From Diplonema japonicum (taxonomy: Eukaryota; Protista; Euglenozoa: Diplonemea): a stretch of 64,000 bases of DNA. A program made the translations under genes and the position numbers. The notes under the pieces were generated by a model, which was not told the DNA's origin, searched no databases, and worked only from the letters and a program-made list of their open reading frames with translations. Location of the stretch: assembly GCA_964019335.1 (NCBI GenBank), contig OZ025674.1, positions 62,001 to 126,000 of the forward strand, in the 5' to 3' direction. Positions 12,801 through 22,900 of this stretch are shown here, piece by piece. Each line of letters begins with the position of its first letter. The stretch's first letter is position 1.

Positions 12801-13661
12801 CACAGTGCGACCATCGTGTGGGACAAACCTTCGAACTTCGCGGTGCAACCGAAGCTGGAATATCATGTACTGACGTCCCAGACCACAGAGTCGGGAGATA
12901 GGGTTTGGGTGCACCTCAGCAGCGTGAGCACCAGCTACTTCAACATGGCAGGCCTGCAGGGGAACACGTGCCACCATGTGTGCGTACGGTCGGAATCGGC
13001 CTTTGGGAGGAGTCTGAAGTCGTCGATCTTAACCTTCACCACAAACATCGACACGGGCAGGGCGGAGGGGTCACAAGTGGTCACCAAGAAGAAATCCCTC
13101 AACACCAACAACCTCTACGAACGCTACCAAGCCAAGGTACGCGCCAAGCGACGCAATGACGCGCTGCTTCTGAAGCGCTACCGCCAGAAATTGTCGAAAG
13201 TCGCTTCTCCACAGAGGCCGACAACTGCACCGCCTCTCAGCACAAAGAAAAAAAGGAAAACCCGGCCCAAGTCTGCGGAGACGCTGGAAGCCAAGGAAGT
13301 ACTGCAGGAGAACGACACCGAAGATAACGGACTGTCCTTGTCCCTGCCAGTGGACAACTCTGCAAGCGAGCAGCTTGAACCTAACAGAGCCTGTTTGAAC
13401 GAACCCACCCCCTCCACCCCCCTCTCTCCTTCCCCTTCTCCCTCTTCCAGTCCTCACCAGGTAAAGCCCTGCGAACACCTACAAGTACAGGTTGACGAGA
13501 ATGACTTGAAGTCTTTTGAACCAGATTCCCCCACTTTGTGCAAGGACACGGAGGACAATATCGCCGTGTCTGTCGACGTGCCACCTCCCCATCCTTCCCA
13601 GAGGGCCATTGCCAAATCAATACGTAAAGGTTTAGAAAAGCTATGTCATCCTTCCGGATGA
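6867..13661 (+). CDS. Large multi-fibronectin type III domain protein (2264 aa), no signal peptide or TM
   Basis: More than a dozen repeats of L.P...Y.V.VR...WG.WS (e.g. NLEPYHTYLVKVRP...WGTWS, GLLPNSYY...WSAWS, ELTADTLY...SPWS). Confidence 0.9.
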   Translation: MAESPSPWKVKVEVLDVWDNELQIKVVSDSFKQISRARLMVRGPHFNFERFFEEKECLEPIVLSLPEGAKIKLRASGQFKIPGEEPEWCAWADRTIQLMQPLEVSQGVVFPDRVHLRWCVGGVDKHHYSPISHYTVSVVDKLRMLTAPVFERVLESKGLTQELTVDNLEPYHTYLVKVRPKRQHGGWGTWSSEVKCLTLYPVLTKGIELGQDFLKIMFTRDTGVAFDRRQPFMDADADFREADATIEEYRMSVVRHDGAQVFSRTLLNAPPHARNEFTIHGLEPDTVFVLNVAVLNAVGDQSKTRRCLFRTGPPLTILRIRKLTATAMEVSWMVDDRRKTDTSLEYDMKFDDIPSIPREYQLRLVSATGEVTATKSADTVHWLRMNELLPCTVYNVQVRQRSTTGHVTDWSRSIKVRTLDKMIPIIERRSTTFIDVRWEREMASLIVSAASGEVEESTVEYDGDDMGEARKIISTKRPRFRNRAIIDPIVPMEDAKAILVGIVNREEEELLAPQQASYHGEGDVSWGNVAGRADLSAASVIRAFDTPIGSTRFEGLLPDTEYRVSLNEQNDEGKWYGRVSKCVTTLSETVTVLPEHDMITSDVPSIDTWFHDDDDSITESKEAENMLALSTEQAPVRLATEVQEIGEEYAVFEWVFKDNAKKMQQTELQGSKVMKSTDVEKLNKNPGHQEYQIKLFRKFTAEEASSRLTSSTVQTFYLRCKGRATRISGLLPNSYYSMSIAVYSQTAGQWSAWSAFRTFPTARHLVLYVQAVHRNCCVLKWTRTEVPRWGTSGMQPVIRVRKYLLKITDLVEGTERQVSLDDEAHPRTTYYNLAGIEGSTIYRVLVAPQYSNGCWGSFCDPVDVVCNALPFKIDSIGEACVSVSWEPTRYTLSRVAKVVLSITNTSGEWKEDTEINVSHTAYQFTRLHPCTEYSISIHIVAQVTDITPQLLSELMSESKRCREYTRKLVTYNTIKLDLVTKGQSYGVVKWPRVMSYVEDVSGSPACQKVAVRKSMLNKSVFQEKWIAEKKKVRPLVTYQLLVTNCSTRNTTSELVSPAASSIIQHVKWRIAELQPNRRYRVQVRRKLLCGTWGMSSSPVYFTTHAALVIKLMSCGEDFLRIHWVRESARNVPLQEQDPEADTEPTNQSTVNEYAVCLEPYSGTPSKTATRSFSVNGAACPPVTLEQREGSRVITTSNEQLLLSNLRPHSLYALRVRQLAYDEKWNEWSSKVRTQTLPSLQVSVTSRGVDYYTIKWQRPPSTKLMDMLRDTPNQPDSKVTAAFAECHLDGVLCGTATTTYETAMESGTITVGSLRPSSLYKTKLRLQYGNEVMGNWSELLTVDTLPPITVAIPKIGDDRIVFSVARNESNFTNVDIKEQEKEGSERLANGLHRRRSLCSSIVAVAKMHQDGKVVSNGKQVLSAEDDISGIIVPSITAWQVSVSIPDENGCSGCEKLVTVDPAGETATIEIPELTADTLYCLKARYVDEHMNVSPWSEVLHCATLPLVNVTVTHVAESFVYIAWKRLDFSYSCNPKLAALHDIVSDKGCDIKWDIVVYDDRGCVQRHEVPGDHSTIKLSKLKHNMRYAVALRAATISPVQHDSDYNNLMDTPWGSWSAKVYVTTLNCVRHVIDRVGLDYVVVAWDSSHVVASHTAVMKGRQQRAGTTMAPKQEVWLPAAVQHYEVHFKKKEDTKQANVLKVPFQSEGNMLSTIEGMQPATTYEIKCRASYITSSGRRDSGDYTVTLHATTLPLPNLKTDVIKEDTARFTCSAARWHPKVQEPIRHFNVLCSNILVKQQLTMDVTKPEAQHTLELTDLKLDTRYELKLREAHGEGHIGDWVPLYHFYTKPHIPVSGDLLEWKNQVICFSFGVPSESGERLIGKNVPQGYRFCVEISTKNDQSNKKKDLEWQQLKIVHEGLLQCPLEHPINQCYFRVKSAKHMMMTHGAEIPLWGEYSTPMHWKEPQRPNSVTAVRVDNLKSHSATIVWDKPSNFAVQPKLEYHVLTSQTTESGDRVWVHLSSVSTSYFNMAGLQGNTCHHVCVRSESAFGRSLKSSILTFTTNIDTGRAEGSQVVTKKKSLNTNNLYERYQAKVRAKRRNDALLLKRYRQKLSKVASPQRPTTAPPLSTKKKRKTRPKSAETLEAKEVLQENDTEDNGLSLSLPVDNSASEQLEPNRACLNEPTPSTPLSPSPSPSSSPHQVKPCEHLQVQVDENDLKSFEPDSPTLCKDTEDNIAVSVDVPPPHPSQRAIAKSIRKGLEKLCHPSG

Positions 13662-13766
13662 CGACAGAGGACGTTGCCACGTCTTATCTTCGAAAAACCT
13701 AGTATTCCAATGCATCATTCACACAGCACTGATTCATAACAATATGTGGTGCTTGGGATAAGCAGG

Positions 13767-16700
13767 ATGGCCATCAGAGGAGGTGCTGCCCACAAGTATC
13801 CGGCGGTGGTTCCTGCGGGCACGTTGGGACCGGGGAGCAGAAGATGTTTGAAAGCACTAATGTTTGTTTGCAAGAAGCGACCGGAACTAATTGACAAGGA
13901 TGCTGCAGAAGGGTTGCAGGAATATTTGGAAGAGAGATATAGTATTAAGGTGGGGTGTCGACCGGGGCTGAAAATGACGAAGTCATTTGGCACAATGAAG
14001 GTATCTGATGCAGGGAAGACGGCCCGGCACCCCGAGGCCGGATGCGAGCTTGCCTTTTCTTGTCTCACGCTACCGTTCTATGCCAGCGACTTACCTATCT
14101 GTTTTTCATTTCGACTGTCGCGGAACGAGAATGACCACAAGTGCCATACATGTGTTCCTTCTGTTGCGCCAGTTTTCAGCAACGCACACGACGTTTGTGT
14201 GGCGCCACAATGCAGACTGATAGGTGTGTACGAGTACGAAATACGGACGGATGGCTACAGACGGCGGCAGTCACCCGACGCTGGCGAAGTTCTTGAGTAC
14301 CGCAGTTGGCCTGTCAAAATGAAACCCCACATGCACAGCGCCATCAGACTAGAATTCTACTCATCACACGTTGTGACTGAGCTCAAGCTCCTTGGCTGGT
14401 CGTGGGGCCATCCTGGACCACTCGAATCATTCAGCGACTCCGTGGGGCCCTCCTACCTATCCTCCGCACCCCTCGGGCATGTTATCTGTTCAGGCTGCGG
14501 CACCACCTGCCCCAAGTTGAACAGGTGCCCAAAATGCATTGAGCTTAAACTCCCCCCCTCATATTTCTGTAGTCAGGAGTGCTTTAAAGAGTCGTGGAAA
14601 GCACACAAGAAGACACACGCATCATCAAACATCTTCGTGCAAATGGCCGATCTCGAGAACAGGTTCAACTCGTTCAAGACATGGCCTTACACGTACACGT
14701 ACGCCACACCACGAGAGCTTTCCAAGGCGGGGTACTTCTACCAGCCTACTCTGGAGTACCCTGACCGGTGTGTGTGCTTCAAGTGCGAAGGCGATGTTCG
14801 AAATTGGTCGCAGAAGTCGGTGCCGTGGCTTCTCCACAAAAAGTTCAAGAGGGACTGTCCATTGGTGAAGGAAAAATTTAGAGACGTAATGTATCCCGGC
14901 GAGCAGCGGTGCAAGAGCAAGCAGTGCCAGTTTATCAACGATGAGCGTGATGAGACGTGTGGAATGTGCTTCATGCCCGTGGGAGGGGAGAAGGAGGACA
15001 GGCTGGAAGACACGCAGCTGTCAATCAGTGTGATGGACGCTGCAGGTGAAGACATGTGCTTTAAGATCAAGAAAAGGACGCCTTTGAAGAAGCTAACCGA
15101 GGCGTACTGCAACAAGCAGGCCATATCGCGCAGCAGCGTGCGGTTCGTGTTCGGTGGTTCGATCCTCGACGACTCCAAGACGCCCGACGATCTGAAGATG
15201 GAGGACGAGGACTTCATCGATGTCATGGATGAGCTCTCAGATGACTCACGCTGCTGGCACCTCCTCCCCACCTCAGACCTGCCCCTTCTTGATGAAGAGG
15301 CCCAGAGCCTGCCGGAGCCCAAGCGGCAAGAGAAATTCAAGGAACGGACAACCCTCCTCGGCATCTGGCCGAGTGGGGAGTATGTCAACAAGCCACAGAT
15401 GCTCATCACACGAAAGAAGTACCCCGTGCACTTCACGCAACCCATCACAGGCCGTGTTCTTAAGATATACCTTCAGCTCCCGAAACCGGAAGACGTTTAC
15501 ATCCCGCAAGTCAGAATAGAGACCGACAGCGATGCAGAGGTGCACGAGGTCTTCCATACGCTGGCCACAATCTTTCGCTCTGTCGCTGATGGCAAGCCCC
15601 CAAGGGTGTCTACAGATGATCTTGTGTACCAGGTGCTAGTGTTCGATGAAGGGAGGTTCAAGATGAGCCCTATCAACATGCTGCAGTCTGTTGGGTTTGT
15701 ACCTCAAGAAGATGGCGCGTACTGCATCAGCGGAACAGATGAGGAGAAGAGCTTGTGCGCCGACTTCTGCCATGCGTTGGAGGAGGAGCTCCGTGTTTTG
15801 GAGGCGAGTGGTGCTGACCCACAAAAGACCGGAGTGTCGTACCCTTGGGAGCAGGGTTCGTTGCGCAGCAAGCTGGAATGGTACGCCCCTAAAGTGCTGG
15901 AAGAAGTGGGCGCACTTAAAGATGCGCTTGAAGAGACACCACCTTCTACTTACTTGCTGAACAGATGCAAGCTCGTGTGGTCTTGGTCTGCATCCTATTG
16001 GTACTTCGAGCACTACAGCGTTTTAAGGAGCACCCACAAGGCTTTGGCAACACAGATATTTGAAGCAGCAACGCAGCTCCTGTGCGCTGTGCACGACTTC
16101 CTCTATACTGCGAACACCTACCGCGTCACGCCGTCGGAACTCAGCGTCAGCACTTATTCATCCACCATCACACCTCCCTTGCCGTACCACTTCCGAAGGT
16201 CTTGCACCACCGTGTCGTCAGATGTGGATCCTAGTTACAGCGTCTACCCGTACTCTCTCTATCGGCAAGAGGCTCGGCCTGCAGCGGAAGAGGAGTATGA
16301 GGAAGAGGCTGAAGAGTACACATACCCTGACGTCCTGTACACCGCTGCAGGTAGCGAGCCGTATCCCTTCTGTTTGTACCCGCTTGTCTACTGCTACAGC
16401 ACTGACGACGAGAGCGACTACGAGTACCATGAAAGCCAAGACGAGGAATGGGAGACCACCTTGTCAGAGGTGGACAATGAGTACTTCCCGTTCATCTGCT
16501 GCGACACGGAGCACTTACCGTTTGCGGGATGCACAATGGGCGTAATGGCAGAACACTCTAATCTGTGGGCGGCGTGTGCACCGGCACTTGCGTTGGCAGG
16601 TTGCATCGCTGGTGAGCTGGCGGGCTTCAATTCACAGAAGGATCAGGTGTTGCGGCAAGAAGAGTACGAGAGATTGCGTTTTACAGTATCCGAAGAGACA

Positions 16701-18171
16701 TTGCGAGCAGAAACACTGCTGAGCTTGAAGACAACAGAGCGGCGGTACAAAATGAAGTTGAGGGAGGAAAAGAAACAACGTGCGCAGCTTGCAGAAGAAG
16801 AGGAGAAATGCAGAGCAGGTGTGCTGGGCGAGGAACGCAACGAGAACAACATGATAGAACAAAAGATCTCCCACGTCATGGCCAAGCGGAAGGCGGCACT
16901 CGAAACATGGCAACGTAACTGGGTATCGCTGCAGCCGGAGGAGGCGCGAATGCGCGCGACCATCACCCACAGCTGCTACAAACACGTGATTAGGTACCTC
17001 ACGGAGGCAGAGACGAGCCACAGGAAGTGTATCACATCTGCCCAGAACAAAGGATGGTTGTCCTTGCAAACAGAGAAGAGAATAGTTACGAAGTTTATCA
17101 AGCTTCAAGTCTCAGAGCCTGCAGGAAGGGCCAAGATAAGCCACGAGGCACACGCACAGCTGAAGCAGATCCTAATTCCTTTTATAGAAGGCACCGAGGC
17201 AGTGTGGCGAGAGGAAGTGGTGGCGGTACAGGATGATGAATGGGAAGCATGCTGCGAAGTTATTCACGAAATGCGGAAAGAAACAAAATTAAGGGAAACA
17301 CGAAGGGCGGAAGAGGAGAAAGCACGGGCAGAGGAAAAAGAGAGGGAGACGAGGGTTCAACAAGCCTCCATTGAAACCACAACAAGCCTGCAGTGCCTGA
17401 ACGGGGACCTGTACCCAGAGTTCGAACCGATGCAGGCTGACCGTGCAAACCCGCCGTTGCTGTTCGAGGACGTGATGCACAACGCAGATTGGACACCGTC
17501 ACTCCATCAGATGGGGCTTCCTGATTATGAGAGCAAAGAAAGCAGCCCGAATTTGGCGATGTTTCAGTCGCTCATGGCACCTCGCCCCCCTGAGACAGAG
17601 CTGGAGAAGGAGCTGGAGGAGCTCAGGGTTTCCCTGAAGGGAGCGAATGAGAAAGCGACGAGATTACAGGTATTTTTTATTTCGTTTAAATGAAATTGGC
17701 ACAAACCAGGCGGTGTGTGAACAGCAAGAAAAGAAGATCGCGAGACTGGAACGGGAAAAAACGACTAATGTGCGCCAAGCGGCAGAAATCGCTGCCAAGA
17801 ATGGGATGGAAGGCATCGGGCCCAGGAACACTGAGAGGGGCATGGTGCTGTGGGATGACGTCGGCGACAAAGAGGTCCCGCTTTCCGAGTTCATGCAGGG
17901 TTACGAGATGATGGTGCGGCCCCACATGCGACGTGGAATGAAAGCACCTTTTGATAAGGTATTCTTTACCAAACCAATCAAATGTACACAAACAGCGCCA
18001 GTATCCGCCTGAGCTGACCCCAGGCTATCCCATGGTAGCACAAAGCCTAGCACAGCCGTTCACGAGTGATTTCTTCATGTATGTATTACTGTATTATATA
18101 AAGCACGTTTTCACTGCAGTGCGCCTCTGGAAGATCACGCGTACCTAAGAAGAGACCCCCATCCGTCTTAG
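13767..18171 (+). CDS. Multidomain protein: zf-C6H2 (MetAP1-type), BIR, RanBP2-like finger, SUMO-like, PUB-like and coiled coil (introns 17670-17709, 17959-17995, 18079-18119)
   Basis: CSGC...CPKC...YFCSQECFKESWKAHKKTH; RFNSFKTWP...LSKAGYFY...DRCVCFKC...W...PWLLH...CPLV; FKIKKRTPLKKL..AYC...VRFVF.G...TPDDLKMEDEDFIDV. First ATG at 13767. The 3' exon structure is inferred and the last intron is least certain. Confidence 0.8.
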
Positions 18172-18469
18172 TTCCTTTTTTTTTCAGTATTTTCCGTTTC
18201 CGGCTTCGTGTCGTTCGTTATTTGAAGGCCCTTTTTTTTTTTGCAAAAAATAATTTCGGTTCCTTTTATGCCTTCAGATGGAGCCCCCCCTTTTTTTTTC
18301 CTTTCTCTTTCTTTCGAGCGTAAAAAACCTGGAGAGGGCCCTGCGAGAGCAGGAGGGCGTCATGTCTAAGGGTGGCGCATTCCACTTTCTTAACCTGCGA
18401 AGATCACATTTTCATGTTCGTTACAACAAATAAACAGGGGAACAAAAAGGAGGGGGTGGAAAGAGACAA

Positions 18470-19795
18470 ATGGACAGTGATGGGCTTCCGTCAAGGCAAG
18501 ACTCGGCCATTAGTTGCAGCGCGGGTGAGGCTGCTGTGATGCACTCTGAATGTCCCATTTGTTTAGAGGACTTGTGTGATATGGATCACGCACCAGTGTG
18601 CGTGCTAGTAGGAGGGAATGGGAGGAGAAGCTGCAGGCATTTCTATCACCAGAAATGCGCGGAGGAGCTACAAAGCATGGCAGGTGATGCCAATTGTCCC
18701 CTTTGCAGAGTGTCTTTCACAGCAGCTGTGGAGCTTCCTGACCCCTTCAAAGATCTCGACCGGTGGTTCAGCATAGTCGACCTCAGCGGCGAGGGCAGCC
18801 TAACCAAGGTAGAGCTCGTAGACGTCGTGTCCGCCACACTCGCCGTGGACCAGGGCAGGATCCCTGACCTCGTGGAGAAGCACTGGCACTCGTGGGATGT
18901 TAACGGATCTAATACTATCGGCCCCGAAGAGTTGGGCAACTTGCTACCTTTCCTGAAAAAATACCTCCCTGTCAGAAAGAGGGCCAACCCTCCCTTCCTG
19001 CCCGAGGACCCCAGCGCCTGGTTTGACTACTGGGACGAGGACAACGACGGCTCCCTCAGTGCGGGCGAGGTGACCCGTGCTGTCGCGAAGACACTGGGCG
19101 CGAAATTTGAAAAGGCCTGCGAGCTAGTCGAAGGGTTGTGGTGTTTGTTCGATTTCTCCGGATCGAACAGCGTAACAAGGGCGGAGTTCTCGGCGAAGAG
19201 AGGTCTCTCCGAAATGCTCTGTGCGGCCCTTGCTCAAGATGACCGGCTGAAGCCACGCGTGCATCGTGCACTACGGGAGTCGCTGCCCGATATTGGGTCG
19301 GAGCTGCAACTTGAGCCCGTTGAGCACGAGCAGCCTGCTCTGCCTGCCGTTCAAGCACCCAGTGCGGCCAATGAAGAGGTCGACATCAGGCTCGGCGACA
19401 GGGTGCAGTCCTTGTACACCGGGGATCAAGGAGTGGTGACGGCTATTAGCGGCGATAACATCACAGTAGACTTTCCTGAAATTAGGAACTGGTTAGGAAC
19501 AAGGAATGAACTTTTTGTTCTCTCTACCACTGTGGGGATCCAAGTGGATAGCTCGGTTCGCATAGCACGCGATGTTTCCATGCCTAGGTATGGGTGGGGC
19601 CTTATCCAGAGGGGCTCCATCGGAAAAGTCTTAGGCATTCAAGGCTACCGTGTTCGAGTTTCCTTCCCCGAGCAGCCTTCGTGGCATGGCGTGCTTGGGG
19701 AGCTTGAGCTGGTTATGACGGTGTCTTGCCCAGTGTGCGGTGTGCTGAACGACCTCATCCAACCGGAATGCTTTGCGTGCAGGATGCCTTTTTAG
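18470..19795 (+). CDS. RING-H2 E3 ligase with EF-hands, KEG/Mind-bomb-type SH3-like repeats and a C-terminal zinc ribbon
   Basis: CPICLEDL...CRHFYHQKC...CPLCR; DLSGEGSLTKVE, DVNGSNTIGPEE, DEDNDGSLSAGE; VSMPRYGWG...SIGKV...VSFPEQPSWHG..GELE; CPVC..LN....PECFAC. Confidence 0.85.
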   Translation: MDSDGLPSRQDSAISCSAGEAAVMHSECPICLEDLCDMDHAPVCVLVGGNGRRSCRHFYHQKCAEELQSMAGDANCPLCRVSFTAAVELPDPFKDLDRWFSIVDLSGEGSLTKVELVDVVSATLAVDQGRIPDLVEKHWHSWDVNGSNTIGPEELGNLLPFLKKYLPVRKRANPPFLPEDPSAWFDYWDEDNDGSLSAGEVTRAVAKTLGAKFEKACELVEGLWCLFDFSGSNSVTRAEFSAKRGLSEMLCAALAQDDRLKPRVHRALRESLPDIGSELQLEPVEHEQPALPAVQAPSAANEEVDIRLGDRVQSLYTGDQGVVTAISGDNITVDFPEIRNWLGTRNELFVLSTTVGIQVDSSVRIARDVSMPRYGWGLIQRGSIGKVLGIQGYRVRVSFPEQPSWHGVLGELELVMTVSCPVCGVLNDLIQPECFACRMPF

Positions 19796-19925
19796 TGCTT
19801 GGCTACTTTCTCTCTTGTTTTAGTGATTTTTCTTCTTTCTTGTTCGTTTTCTTCTCTCATTCCTCTTTTCTTAATATACTTCTTTCCTTCAAGGTCAACG
19901 CCTACTCGCACTGCAGGTCCACGAC

Positions 19926-22900
19926 ATGCGTGTTGGCATCCTGTTACTTGTGTCTTTTGCAGGTGCGAGGAGGCTGGAGCAGGAGGCCATGGACTCTGCA
20001 GATGGAGCTTGGCAGGACATACCACAACACGGTGTCGTACCTGAGGAGCGGTATGGGATGACGCTAGCTGCTGTGGAGGGAGGGCTGTGGTTGTATGGTG
20101 GGTGGAACAAAGAGAACGTGATGCTCCATGACGTGTGGATGTTGAACACAAGTAGTCTGCGGTGGTCCAAACTCTTCGGTAGCAGGCACCCCCTCCCACG
20201 CTCCGGCCCCACAGTGTGGTCTGTGAACAGCGGCGCTGAGATCTATATGTTTGGTGGGAGAACAGAAACCTACAGGAATGACTTGTGGGTCTACAATGTG
20301 GCTTTGCAAGAGTGGACTGAGATCCTCAGCATGTCTGGGGTGCCCCGTCAGCGGTCTGGTGCGTCTGCTTTCCTGGTCGCACCCGACGTGCTTGGCATTC
20401 ACGGTGGAAGGGGTTTCAGAGGCATTCTCAACGAGCTATGGACATTCAACATCACCAGCAAGGTGTGGACTCTCTATGACACTACGGGTCCAGCACGGAC
20501 TCAGCATGTGGTCGCGTTCTACAACGGCACACTGCAGGTCCTCGGTGGCCAAGGCGACACGATGGTGTCTTTCTTCAACTGGACACACAAAACCTGGCGC
20601 CACACACCACACCACCATACGCCACGCGAGAGTGGATGCTACTCCGTTGCGGGAAGCAACATTTATGAAGCAGGGGGCACCATCAACGGTGAGCTGCAGG
20701 CTGACGTTCTGCAGCACCACACGGACGGCACCACTACAGTGCTGTCCTCCGAGCTTGACGCGGTAGCTGGGGCCAGCTGCAGTGCATCTGATGACATAAA
20801 GACGTTAATTATCTTCGGTGGCCGCATTGCCACAGGGCTTCACAACAAACTGACCGAGATCACACTGTCCAACAGGACAGTGCGACATTCACCCCATCGC
20901 GATCTGCCTGCATCTAGGGCACTACACGCAGCCGTCCGCATCAGCACAGACATGGTGGTGTTCGGTGGTATCAACTCGGGGTACGTGCTGGGTGACCTGT
21001 GGGCATTGCGAGTGATGGGAGAAGATAAGATCACCGACATGCTGTGGGTACAGATCGAGCCGTCGGGCACTTTGCAACCTGAGCCTCGCTTCGGGCACGC
21101 AGCGGCAGCGGTGGGCGACGTTATGCTGATGTTCGGTGGTGAGCTTCGGAACGGACTACCGTGTGCGGAACTGTGGCTGCTGCAGTGGCAAAGCAAGATA
21201 TGGACGCAAATAGAAGCAACCCAACGCAACTGGCCCAACCCCCGATCGGGGCATGTGATGACCAGCGACAAGAAGGGTATCTTGATCTATGGGGGTGAGT
21301 CGTCGGTTGGCGCCCTTAGTGACGTGTGGCGGTTCAACCTAGGTACCTCAGAGTGGACAAGGCTTGTGGGGAACACCCCTGGGGTGCGGTCACATGGTGC
21401 GATTGCTAGCACGGGGGGGATGTACTTCTTCTTCTCAGGAGGGATGGACAACACGGGCACGCCCAGCAAGGAGATTTGGAAGGCCGAGTACACAGAGACA
21501 ACTATTACTTGGCTACACATTACTTCGTTACACATCGAGCTCGGCAATCACGCCATGGTCATCGCAGGCCCGCTGGTGAACTGCTCGTTCCCCAAGCTCA
21601 TCATTGTCGGAGGCCAGTCGTATGGAGAGCTGCACGAGAGCGGCAGCAAGATGGTCACTGTGGCGCCTGATGCTTCGTGCAACGCGGGTTATGTGTCTGT
21701 GTCGGGTGAGCAGTGGTTTTCGGCAAGAATGGGACACTCGCTGCTGTATTTCGGCAACAAGCTGATTGTGTACGCTGGGTACGGGACGACACCACTACGT
21801 GAGTGGCACCACGAGCATACCTTGAGCGACTCAGCGGTCCACACATTGTCGCAGTTATGCACGTTCGTGTCTACGGACTGTTGGCAGTGCGCCCCTGGGT
21901 ACTATCACTACAATGGCACCTGCAGCATGTGCCAACATGGGCAATACTCTGATCACTGGGGAGCAAGCAACTGTAGCATCTGTCCTGTCGGCACCTTCCA
22001 GCCTGCAAAAACCGCCATCAGCAACAGACAGTGTACACTGTGCCCCGCGGGGACATTTTCTCCCAAACCAGGACGAGGCGCCTGCGAAATGTGCCACCCA
22101 TACCACACTTGCCGCCATGGTGCCACTATGCCGGATGTGGTGATTCACGACACTGCCAGCGCGCTGGAGAAGGAGTCCAAGCAGCCTATCCAAGGAGAGA
22201 ACCACCTGCACCAAGTAGACCTAGAGGTGCTGAATAACGCACGCACCTTGGCTTGGCTCATCTGCCTAGGCATAGTGACCATTCTACTTGCCATTTTTAT
22301 AGTTATGCACTTCTCGAATAAGCTGCACGCAATGCGCAAGTTCGACGTGCTTTTCAACGGTCAGAGCGCCGTCAAGATCTTCCAGTACGCTGGCACCATC
22401 CGTATTGTGAACCGCACGCCCTTGGGGGGGCTCTTTTCGCTCATCTTCGTAACAGTCTTGATGGCATTCTTACTTACAGTAACAGTCTTGCCGTACTTGT
22501 ACAACAATGGTATCGAGGTACGACTGTTGCCGAGATTCCTTGCAGCCTACGAACTGTCTTTGGCGGAAGAAACAACGGCCTTGAGCATGAGGTTGTCATG
22601 CAACATTTCTGGAAATGCAGTGACATTAGGGACGTGTGCCGTAGGGGCACAATGTTCTCCTGAGCTGAATATCTCTGTCGAGGACGTAGCAGGCGAGTGG
22701 CAGACGAGCTGCAAAGAGTACGTGGACACATGCGAAGTCACGACAGAGTGTCCAGAGTGCACGCTCAGCACAGATGCAGCTGAGGGCAGGGTGAAGCTCT
22801 ACATTGAGCACGAGGACGTGTACTCGACAGAGATCCGGTGGCAGGCTGAGACAAAGTCAGGTCTCAACAACAACTACGACAGCACCCAGACGGGTACTAT

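Noticed and set aside
13461-13490. Possible in-frame 30-nt intron gtaaag...gtacag in the FN3 gene
   Set aside because: The donor deviates from the local consensus and no conserved motif anchors it; cannot be decided without RNA.
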